Shown here one piece after another: positions 56,630 to 64,000 of a stretch of 64,000 nucleotides of DNA; position 1 is the stretch's first letter; the number at the start of each line of letters is the position of its first letter. The position numbers and the translations under genes are program-made. This stretch comes from Planctomycetota bacterium (lineage in GTDB: Bacteria; Planctomycetota; UBA1135; GCA-002686595): the NCBI GenBank assembly GCA_046349615.1, contig JAXMBZ010000005.1, forward strand, positions 49,785-113,784, given 5' to 3'. The notes beneath the pieces were generated by a model. The model worked only from the letters and a program-made list of their open reading frames with translations. It was not told the origin of the DNA and made no database searches.

Positions 56630-57169
56630 ATGACCCAGTTCAACGACAGCGCGAAGGCTCGCTACGGCAAGCAGGACTACAGCCCGAAGAAGAAGATCGA
56701 GGGCGTCGAGATCGTCGAGCTCAAGCGCTTCAACGACGACGGCGGCGCGATGACGGAGCTCGGGCGGCTCGACGGCGGCGTGCACAAGCAGCTCCCGGGC
56801 TTCACGGTGAAGCAGGTGAACTACTCGGTGCTCGAGCCGCTCGCGATCAAGGCGTTCCACCTGCACACGCGGCAGACGGACGTGTGGTACGTGCCGCCGT
56901 CGGACAAGCTCCTGCTCGTGCTCGCCGACGTGCGCAAGGGCTCGCCCACGGAAGGCGTCGTGATGCGCTTCGTGCTCGGCGATGGGAATTCGCGCCTCGT
57001 GCGCATCCCGCCGGGCGTCGCGCACGGGTGTCGCAACCTGCGGCCGGCGGCGCCGAGTGCGATCATCTACTTCGTCGACGTCCAGTTCTCGACGGACGAG
57101 CACTGCGACGAGGGCCGCCTGCCGTGGGACCACTTCGGCACGGCGTTGTGGGAAGTCGAGCGCGGGTGA
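56630..57169 (+). CDS. dTDP-4-dehydrorhamnose 3,5-epimerase-like cupin (RmlC family).
   Basis: The product is 179 aa. GVEIVELKRFNDDGG, HLHTRQTDVWYV and RIPPGVAHG fit the RmlC cupin. No rmlABD genes are nearby. Confidence 0.65.
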   Translation: MTQFNDSAKARYGKQDYSPKKKIEGVEIVELKRFNDDGGAMTELGRLDGGVHKQLPGFTVKQVNYSVLEPLAIKAFHLHTRQTDVWYVPPSDKLLLVLADVRKGSPTEGVVMRFVLGDGNSRLVRIPPGVAHGCRNLRPAAPSAIIYFVDVQFSTDEHCDEGRLPWDHFGTALWEVERG

Positions 57170-57254
57170 GCGCGCCGTTTGCAAGTTTGCAGTCCGACTG
57201 CAAATCTGCAAGCCCCGCGGTTTCTCGAAGAAACCAGGGGAGCTTTCGTCCCCT

Positions 57255-58358
57255 CTACCAGATCACCCGCCACCCGCTCGTGACGTTGAACGTCTCCGGC
57301 GGGCAGAACGCGGCGGCCGCGTTGCGGTAGAAGACCTGGTAGTACCGCACGTCCCCGCTCCCCGGCGCGACGCCGCCGCGCTGCGACAGCGTCACCGTGT
57401 CGCCGACGTCGGGAAACTGGCTCGCTCCGCCGACGTTCGGCTTCGCGTTCAGGCGCACGAGCGTCCCGCCCGCGCAGCGCACGCCGTCCCCGAAGACGAG
57501 GTCGTCGAGCGCGTCGCCCTGCAGGTACACGCACGCGCTCGTCGCCGGCATGCCCGAGGCCGCGAGCACGACCGTGTCGAGCGCCGGGCTCCCGCTCGCC
57601 GTCAGCGCGCCGCCCGCCGGGTTCGCGCTGTTCGCGCACCCGTTCCCGCTCGCGCCGAAGTTCGCGCACGGACAATCCGTCGAGACGTTCGGGTCGAGGT
57701 GGTCGCCCGTGCAGAACGCGCTCCCGCTCGAATCGAGCCGCACGATCTGCACGCCGTTCAGCGAACCGAAGTTGAAGCCCTGCGGCGGCGGCGCGGTGCG
57801 CTGCACCGTGATCACGAGGTCCTGCGGGACGAGCAACGTCGCGTGGTGGAGCGCGTGCGTGACGCCCTGCACGTAGCTCCCCGGGAACGCGCCGCCGACG
57901 ATCTGCACGCCCTCGACCGAACCCACGACGTCGATCGCCGTGCGGTAGTTGGGATCGTCGGGCGCGATCGCGTAGCTCGTGACCTCGTACTCGCCCGGCA
58001 GGAGGCCGGAGATCGTCACGGTGCGCAGGACGCTCCCCGGATCGAGCACGTCGCCGAGGAGCGCGAGGTCGTCGACGCTCGCGCCGGTCAGGTTCGAACT
58101 GGCCGCGGTCGCGACGCCGCCGGAGATCGTCCACGTCACGCTCGTCGCGACGCCCGTCAAGTCGACGAGCGGTTGGGCGACACCCGCGTTCACCGGGAGC
58201 GCGTTCCACGTGCCCGACTTCGCCGCGGCGGCGCCGAAGCTCGCGCTCGGCACCGGGAAGCTCGGGCTCACGCCGAAGTCGACGTTGAAGCTCTGCGCGC
58301 TCGCGAACGTCGTGAGCGCGGCTCCGAGCAGGAAGCAGGGGACGCTGCGGAGGATCAT
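57255..58358 (-). CDS. Secreted protein, paralog A of a four-member tandem family sharing a Cys-rich C-terminal module (367 aa).
   Basis: A signal peptide (MILRSVPCFLLGAALTTFASAQS) is present. The C-terminal ~160 aa read FCTGDHLDPNVSTDCPCANFGASGNGCANS...SGMPATSACVYLQGDALDDLVFGDGVRCAGG...VRYYQVFYRNAAAAFCPPETFNVTSGWRVIW. Confidence 0.6.
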   Translation of the reverse strand: MILRSVPCFLLGAALTTFASAQSFNVDFGVSPSFPVPSASFGAAAAKSGTWNALPVNAGVAQPLVDLTGVATSVTWTISGGVATAASSNLTGASVDDLALLGDVLDPGSVLRTVTISGLLPGEYEVTSYAIAPDDPNYRTAIDVVGSVEGVQIVGGAFPGSYVQGVTHALHHATLLVPQDLVITVQRTAPPPQGFNFGSLNGVQIVRLDSSGSAFCTGDHLDPNVSTDCPCANFGASGNGCANSANPAGGALTASGSPALDTVVLAASGMPATSACVYLQGDALDDLVFGDGVRCAGGTLVRLNAKPNVGGASQFPDVGDTVTLSQRGGVAPGSGDVRYYQVFYRNAAAAFCPPETFNVTSGWRVIW

Positions 58359-58441
58359 GAAGCCTCGCAGGAGCGGAGGGGGGACGAACCAGGTCGCGCT
58401 GGGAAGCCTAGCACGAATCCGAGGACCGGGCGGAAGCGGCC

Positions 58442-59542
58442 TCACCAGACCACCCGGACGCCGTTCGAGACGTTGACCACCGCGGGCGGACAGAACGCAG
58501 CGGCCGCGTTGCGGTACTGCGTCTGGTAGAGCCGAACCACGCCGCTCCCCGGCACGACGGCGGCGCGCGTGGAGAGCGCGGTGTCGCCGGCTCCGGGGTA
58601 GACACCCGCTCCGTTCACGTTCGTCGTCGAGGCGAGGCGGAGGAGCGCGCCTCCGACGCAGCGGACTCCGTCGCCGAACACGACGTCGACGACGGCGTCG
58701 CCTTGGAGCCAGATGCAGCTCGCGCTCGCGGGCGTGCCCTGGAGCGCGAGCTCGAGCGTGTCGGGCTCGGGCGTTCCGCTCCACGTGAGCCGCGCGCCGA
58801 GAGGCTCCACGGAGTTCGCGCACCCGCGTCCGATCGCGCCGAGGTTTGCGCACGGACACGGCGTGTTCACCGCGGGATCGAGCCCGTCGCCGGCGCAGAA
58901 CGCGGACACGCGTTCGAGGAGCACGAGCTGGAAGCCGCTCACGCACGCATAGTTCGGCACGGGCGCCGCGGAGCGCTCGATCGACACGACGATCGGGCTG
59001 CCGTTCACGACGCGCGCGCGATGGCGCGCGTGCGTGACGCCCTCGACGTAGGCGCCGCTCCACGCGCCGCCGACGCTCGCGACGCCGTCGGGCGAGCCGA
59101 ACACGGCCACGTCGGTGCGGTACGCGGCGTTGTCCGGCGCGAGCGCGTACGTGAACACGAGGTAGTCGCCGTCCTGGAGCCCGTCGAAGCTCCAGAGATC
59201 GGGCGAACTCCCGGGATCGCTCGCGTCGGCGAGCAGCGCGCGCGCATCGGGTGGAGCTCCGCCCAGGTTCGCGGTCGATTGGAACGCGACCCCGCCGGTG
59301 GTCGTCAGGGTCGCCGCGAGCGGAGCGCCGTCGAGCGCGACGAGCACCGTCGAGCCGAGGCTCGGAGGCGCGGCGTTCCAGCGGCCGGCTTGATCCGCCG
59401 CGCCCGCGTGGGCGTCGGTCGGCGTCGGGTAGGTGAGGTTGAGGCCGACGTCGACGTTCACGCTTTGCGCGAGGGACGCGGCCGGGAATGCGAGCACCAG
59501 GGCGAGACGGGGGAGCGCGCTCGCGCACGCCCGGAGCTTCAT
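58442..59542 (-). CDS. Secreted protein, paralog B of the same family (366 aa).
   Basis: A signal peptide (MKLRACASALPRLALVLAFPAASLAQS) is present. The architecture and the C-terminal module match paralog A (...YRNAAAAFCPPAVVNVSNGVRVVW). Confidence 0.6.
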   Translation of the reverse strand: MKLRACASALPRLALVLAFPAASLAQSVNVDVGLNLTYPTPTDAHAGAADQAGRWNAAPPSLGSTVLVALDGAPLAATLTTTGGVAFQSTANLGGAPPDARALLADASDPGSSPDLWSFDGLQDGDYLVFTYALAPDNAAYRTDVAVFGSPDGVASVGGAWSGAYVEGVTHARHRARVVNGSPIVVSIERSAAPVPNYACVSGFQLVLLERVSAFCAGDGLDPAVNTPCPCANLGAIGRGCANSVEPLGARLTWSGTPEPDTLELALQGTPASASCIWLQGDAVVDVVFGDGVRCVGGALLRLASTTNVNGAGVYPGAGDTALSTRAAVVPGSGVVRLYQTQYRNAAAAFCPPAVVNVSNGVRVVW

Positions 59543-59744
59543 GGAGTGCGAGCCTAGCACGGAACCGGCGGTCACGGTCGCGGGCGTCGGCGTCCTTCGC
59601 AGCGACGGGACTCCGGAGCCGCGGCCTCGGGAGCCGCGCTCGCGGGCCCCGCTCCCGAGACGAGCGCGGCGCCCGCCCCACTCGGGAGCGAGCGCCGCTC
59701 GAAGGCTCGCGCGCCGTCGTCACGGCGCGTTCAGGCTCCGCGGA

Positions 59745-61349
59745 TCACCAGGTGATGCGGATGCCGTTCGTGACGTTGAACGTCTCGGGCGGGCAGAACG
59801 CCGCGGCCGCGTTGCGGTAGTACGTCTGGTAGTAGCGCACCGCGCCGGAGCCCGGCGTCACGCCGCCGCGCTGCGAGAGCGTGACGGTCTCGACCGAGTC
59901 GGGGAACGACGACGCACCGCCGACGTTCGTCTTCGTCCGCAGGCGGAGGAGCGAACCACCCGCGCAGCGCACGCCGTCGCCGAAGAGCACGTCGTCGAGC
60001 GCATCGCCCTGGAGATAGATGCAGGAGACCGTCGCCGGCATGCCGGAGCCCTGGAGGATCGCGGTGTCGGGGTTCGACGTGCCCGTGGCGACGAGCTGCG
60101 CGCCCGCGGCGTTCGTCGAGTTCGCGCAACCGCGGCCCACCGAGCCGAAGTTGCCGCAGGGGCACGCGGTCGTCACGTTCGGGTCGACGCCGTCGCCCGC
60201 GCAGAACGGCCCGCCGTTGATGCCGGGCACCAGGCGGTCGATCGAACGCGGCGAGAGGATGTTCGTCAGCGAGACGAGGTCGCTGTAGACCTCCGTCATC
60301 TCACCGGCGCCCACCACGCCGTCCGCGTTCGCGTCGGCGAGGCGGAAGATGCGGTCGGGAGTCTGGTCCTCGACCGCGATGACCTCGCCGTTCGAGCCGA
60401 ACGAGACCTGCCACAGGTTGCTCGCCGCGCCGACCGCGTACCAGATCACGCTTTCGTCCGTCAGCGGATTCGGGACGACCGACGGCGGCGAGACCGTGCC
60501 GCTGCCGTCGAGGTCCTTGAAGCGCCAGATGCGCTCGTTCCCCGTGTCGTTCATGTAGTACCAGCCCTGCGCGTCGCGGCGCAGACACCAGTGGAACGCC
60601 GTCGCGGGGCCCGCGGGCGGGAGGAAGTAGGGCGTGACCTCACCGGGCTGATCGATGACGCCGCTCGCGTCCAGGTCATCGAGTCGGTAGACGCCGCGCG
60701 TGAGCACGCCGGATGCGCCGTTCTCGAGGTAGTAGACCTTGCCGTCGAGCCCGACGATCACGCTCGTCGGGATCGAGTCGCCCGTCGCGCCGCCCGGCGC
60801 GGGCGTGAAGTACTGGAGGGACTCGCCCGCGTCGTCGGCGTCGCCGTCGGCGTTCAAGTCCTCGAGGCGGAGGATCGCGTCGACGCCGCCGCCGGTCGTG
60901 CCCGCGTTCGCGACCCACACGACGTTGCTCGCGGGGTCCGCGTACACGTTCTGCGCGGACGCCATCACGATGCCCTGCGCGTTCGTGGTCGAGTGGTAGA
61001 ACACGTGGACCTCGCCGGCGTCGTTCGCGTCGCCGTCGCCGTTGACGTCCTTGAGCCAAAGGACGACGTCTTCGTTCGAGTCGACCGTGTAGATCGTGCC
61101 GTCGGAGTCGACGGAGATCCCGTTCGTCACCGACATCGTCTGACCGCCGACGTTCTCGTCGTAGTACACGACGACGTCGCCGGGGTCGTTGAAGTCGCCG
61201 TCGTTGTTGACGTCCTCGACCGCCCAGAGACGGTCGTCGGTGCCGGTCGAACTGGCGCCGTTGTCGACGACGACGTAGCGGTCGCCCAGAGCGAGGGCCG
61301 GGCACGAGAGGAGAGCGGTGAGGGCTGAGATCGAGAGGATGCGATGCAT
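59745..61349 (-). CDS. Secreted protein, paralog C (534 aa): N-terminal calcium-binding-like DxDxDG repeat (FG-GAP / beta-propeller-like) region plus the shared Cys-rich C-terminal module.
   Basis: A signal peptide (MHRILSISALTALLSCPALA) is present. Repeats such as DVNNDGDFNDPGD, DVNGDGDANDAGE and DLNADGDADDAGE recur. The C-terminus reads ...FCAGDGVDPNVTTACPCGNFGSVGRGCANS...YRNAAAAFCPPETFNVTNGIRITW. Confidence 0.6.
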   Translation of the reverse strand: MHRILSISALTALLSCPALALGDRYVVVDNGASSTGTDDRLWAVEDVNNDGDFNDPGDVVVYYDENVGGQTMSVTNGISVDSDGTIYTVDSNEDVVLWLKDVNGDGDANDAGEVHVFYHSTTNAQGIVMASAQNVYADPASNVVWVANAGTTGGGVDAILRLEDLNADGDADDAGESLQYFTPAPGGATGDSIPTSVIVGLDGKVYYLENGASGVLTRGVYRLDDLDASGVIDQPGEVTPYFLPPAGPATAFHWCLRRDAQGWYYMNDTGNERIWRFKDLDGSGTVSPPSVVPNPLTDESVIWYAVGAASNLWQVSFGSNGEVIAVEDQTPDRIFRLADANADGVVGAGEMTEVYSDLVSLTNILSPRSIDRLVPGINGGPFCAGDGVDPNVTTACPCGNFGSVGRGCANSTNAAGAQLVATGTSNPDTAILQGSGMPATVSCIYLQGDALDDVLFGDGVRCAGGSLLRLRTKTNVGGASSFPDSVETVTLSQRGGVTPGSGAVRYYQTYYRNAAAAFCPPETFNVTNGIRITW

Positions 61350-61523
61350 GGAGTTCCTTGGGGGCGAGCCGGAGCATCGTACCTCCGACTCGAGGATTCG
61401 CCACCTAGTAAATGAGATTCAGTCTCAATACGAACTCGGGCTCATCTCCCGGAGCGCCCGAGAGCACCCGAGCGATTCCAGCGGCCCGCGTGGCGCCTCG
61501 ACGGGCGGACACGTCCACCCAGG

Positions 61524-62087
61524 TCACGGGACCCAGGTCACGCTGACCGCGTTCGTCAGGTTGAAGCCGTCGGGCGTGCAGTACGACGCCGCGTTCCGGT
61601 ACCAACCCTGGTAGTGCATCGTGCCGCCCGCGGCGGGGATGCCGCCGCGCACGGAGAGGACCGGATCGCCCGGGATCCCGAAGCCGAGCGCGACCTGTCC
61701 GCCCGCCGCCGCGCGGACGCCGAGGCGCCACGTCGCGGGTCCCTCGATGCAGCGCAGGCCGTCGCCGAAGACCGCGCCGCTCCCGCCGTTCACCTGCGCG
61801 TCGCCCTGGAAGAAGATGATCGTCGCGGTGGTGGGGAGTCCGGACGCGGCGAGGAGCACGGTGTCGTTCGAAACCTGCGCGTTGCCGGTGCCGACGAGTC
61901 GTCCGCCCTGGCCGAACGAGTTCATGCACCCCGTGCCCGGGACGGGCGGCGCGTTGCCGCAGGGACACGCGCTCGCCGTTCCCGGACAGAACGGCGTGAA
62001 GGTCGACTGCGCGAACAGCGGGAGCGCTGCGAGAGCGAGCGCGGGAGCCGCGGCGAGAGCGGCAGGGTGGGGCAGCTTGAACGTCAT
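61524..62087 (-). CDS. Secreted protein, paralog D (187 aa): a signal peptide plus only a diverged copy of the shared Cys-rich module.
   Basis: The sequence is MTFKLPHPAALAAAPALALAALPLFAQS, then FCPGTASACPCGN...GCMNS...FFQGDA...FGDGLRC...YRNAASYCTPDGFNLTNAVSVTWVP. Confidence 0.5.
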   Translation of the reverse strand: MTFKLPHPAALAAAPALALAALPLFAQSTFTPFCPGTASACPCGNAPPVPGTGCMNSFGQGGRLVGTGNAQVSNDTVLLAASGLPTTATIIFFQGDAQVNGGSGAVFGDGLRCIEGPATWRLGVRAAAGGQVALGFGIPGDPVLSVRGGIPAAGGTMHYQGWYRNAASYCTPDGFNLTNAVSVTWVP

Positions 62088-62211
62088 GGCGCGGTGCGGT
62101 GCGCGCAGGGGATGGGGAGCCGCGGGGAGAACGCGGTCTTCGCACGTGGAACTCGGCGTCTTGCGGAGCGCCGAGGTCGCGCGCGCGAGGCCGAGATTCT
62201 AGCCCGGTCCC

Positions 62212-62880
62212 GTGGGACGGCTAGACGGCTGGCGAGGTTCCGCGCGTGAATCGAGGCGCGTGCGCGAGAACGGAGCGTGCGCTCGTTGCGCGCCCGTGAC
62301 GGCAGCGCGAAGCGAGCCGTCGCAGGCCGGTCTCCCGCCGGCTCCGACTCCCGAGCGTGTGTCCGGTGGGTGCTCGCCCCTTGTCGCGGAACTCCGTGTC
62401 TGTTGGATTCGGGGCGTGGGACTCTTCGACTTCCTCAGGAGCGGCGAGCACGTGGATCCCGAGCTCGGGCCGTTCCGGCGCGCGCGCGGAGCGTGGCGAG
62501 GATCGATCGCGCTCGAGGGCGTCGCGGTGCCGCTCGTGTTGGTCGGCTCCTCGAAGGCGCCGAGTCCGGAGGCGCTCTCCGCCGCGCGCGAGCTCGCGGC
62601 GCGCCACCGCGCACGCCGCCCGGCGATCGAACGCGCGCTGTTCGAGCACTACGCGCCGTACGCGGAGAGCGAGGGCGCGGAGCCGGCCGTCCCGACGCTC
62701 GCGACCTCCGCCGACGTGTGGACGCACGCGACGCTGGTCTTCGTCGCGCTCCTCCCGATCGACGGCGCGCTCACGACGGAGTACGGGTGCGCGGTCGCGT
62801 GGGACGACGATCACACGCTCGGCGCGCGCTTCGTCGGCGAGCGGTTCGTCGAACTGAACGGGAGCGTGCTCCCGCCCTGA
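62212..62880 (+). CDS. Hypothetical protein (start uncertain).
   Basis: The C-terminal ~150 aa have protein-like composition (GVGLFDFLRSGEHVDPELGPF...TEYGCAVAWDDDHTLGARFVGERFVELNGSV). The N-terminal part of the ORF is Arg-rich and probably not translated. An alternative GTG lies near 62415. Confidence 0.35.
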   Translation: MGRLDGWRGSARESRRVRENGACARCAPVTAARSEPSQAGLPPAPTPERVSGGCSPLVAELRVCWIRGVGLFDFLRSGEHVDPELGPFRRARGAWRGSIALEGVAVPLVLVGSSKAPSPEALSAARELAARHRARRPAIERALFEHYAPYAESEGAEPAVPTLATSADVWTHATLVFVALLPIDGALTTEYGCAVAWDDDHTLGARFVGERFVELNGSVLPP

Positions 62881-62887
62881 GCGCGCC

Positions 62888-64000
62888 TCACCGCGCCGCT
62901 TCCGTGATCGCGATCATGCGCTCGAGCGCCTTCCGCGCGTCCTTCACGAGCGTCGCGCGCTCGCTCGCGCCGAGGCGTTCGCGCGCGGCCGTGCCTTCGT
63001 CGACGACGTCGCCCGCGAGCACGCGGTTGATGTCGGGCGCTTTCCCTTGGCGCAGGAGGTCGAGCATGCCCGCCAAGTGCGGCGGGTCGTTGCGGCTCAT
63101 CGTCGCGCAGCCGCAGCCGCCGCCCTGGAACTTCGGGTCGGGGATGTCGGCGAGGTGCATGATCTCGACGCCGCGCGCCTTCGCCTGCTCGCGCGCGTTG
63201 CGCACGAAGTGGCCCTCGGTGCCGATGACGAGCTTCTCGCCCGGCTTCGCGTTCATCACGGCCTTCCACAGGTAGTCCGTGGAGCCCGCGCCGTCCGCGG
63301 CCTGCACGGCTTCGAGCGGCGACTCGGGGTGGATGAGGACCCTCCAACCCTTCGCGTGCCACCAGTCGACCATCGCCTTCGAGAAGATCGTGTGCACGCC
63401 GCAGTAGCTGCCCCACAGGATCATCTCGGCGCGATCGAGCGCCGCGAGTCCGCCCGGCAGCGTCGCGAGGCGTTGGTTCTGCATCCACAGCTTCGGCTCG
63501 GGGAACGCGACGACGCGCGACAGATCCATGCCGAGCTTCCACGCCGTGTTGCGCCCGAGGTGATGGTCGGGCACGAAGAAGATCGTCTTGCCTTCCTTGC
63601 GCAGCGCGTCGCACACGAGGTGCGCGTTCGAGCTCGTGCACACGGCACCGTTCGTGCGGCCCGCGAGCGCCTTCACGCGCCCGCCGGTGTTCATGTACGC
63701 GACGACGGCGAGCTTCGACCCGTAGCGCTCGATCAACTGCTCCGCCGCGGGGAGGACCATCCAGTCCTTCGCGAGCATCTCCATCGTGCAACCCGCCTTC
63801 GGGTTCGTGATCCACACCGCCTGGTCGTCGTGCGCGAGCGTCGCGATCGTCTCCGCCATGAAGTGCACCGCCGATTCGACGAGCACCTTCTTCTCGGGGT
63901 TGCGCGCGGCCTGCAGCGCGAGCTGGTAGCTGTCCGCGACCTTGCCGCCGTAGCGCTCGACGATCTTCACGATCTCGCCGCCCATGTAGAAGTGCGCCAG
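62888..64000 (-). CDS. nadA: Quinolinate synthase NadA. The 5' end of the gene lies beyond the window end.
   Basis: Conserved NadA blocks and the 4Fe-4S Cys ligands are present. The frame stays open to nt 64000 (…LAHFYM…). Confidence 0.85.
   Translation of the reverse strand: MAHFYMGGEIVKIVERYGGKVADSYQLALQAARNPEKKVLVESAVHFMAETIATLAHDDQAVWITNPKAGCTMEMLAKDWMVLPAAEQLIERYGSKLAVVAYMNTGGRVKALAGRTNGAVCTSSNAHLVCDALRKEGKTIFFVPDHHLGRNTAWKLGMDLSRVVAFPEPKLWMQNQRLATLPGGLAALDRAEMILWGSYCGVHTIFSKAMVDWWHAKGWRVLIHPESPLEAVQAADGAGSTDYLWKAVMNAKPGEKLVIGTEGHFVRNAREQAKARGVEIMHLADIPDPKFQGGGCGCATMSRNDPPHLAGMLDLLRQGKAPDINRVLAGDVVDEGTAARERLGASERATLVKDARKALERMIAITEAAR

Noticed and set aside
56349-56633. Small ORFs in the DHS-like / rmlC-like divergent intergenic region
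   Set aside because: They are Arg-rich and short. The region is more plausibly a divergent promoter region.

Overview
The window is a 64 kb stretch of very high-GC (about 70%) bacterial chromosome, consistent with a myxobacterium or related high-GC lineage. Coding density is high. The high GC produces many long arginine-rich spurious ORFs in alternate and antisense frames; these were discarded.

Recognisable content:
- A three-gene xanthine-dehydrogenase/CO-dehydrogenase-family molybdoenzyme operon (2Fe-2S, Mo and FAD subunits) preceded by a thioredoxin-TPR gene.
- An S9 peptidase, a hybrid sensor kinase, recQ, and an FAD-oxidoreductase::polyferredoxin fusion.
- A GGDEF and PilZ pair.
- The conserved rpsB-tsf-pyrH-frr cluster, here carrying a tandem second tsf paralog and an inserted gene for a large membrane-anchored protein. 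It is followed by two tRNA-Lys genes.
- pepP, a flotillin and NfeD pair, tRNA-Glu, a XerC/D recombinase, an MFS transporter, a pabB-like gene, xseA and a partial nadA.
- A GT2 glycosyltransferase and DUF1003 protein, then a minus-strand cluster of NYN-domain protein, double zf-PARP protein and deoxyhypusine-synthase-like gene, opposite a divergently transcribed lone rmlC-like epimerase gene.

The most unusual loci:
1. A deoxyhypusine-synthase-like gene with a lysine/alanine-rich histone-H1-like tail, immediately followed by a protein with two PARP-type zinc fingers.
2. Four tandem paralogous secreted proteins sharing an unrecognised cysteine-rich C-terminal module, with a near-identical nucleotide block at each 3' end.
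3. A secreted HExxH metallopeptidase gene carrying a diverged internal tandem duplication of about 950 bp whose junction breaks the reading frame.

All coordinates were derived by hand from the ORF track and sequence and may be off by a few nucleotides at non-ORF features.
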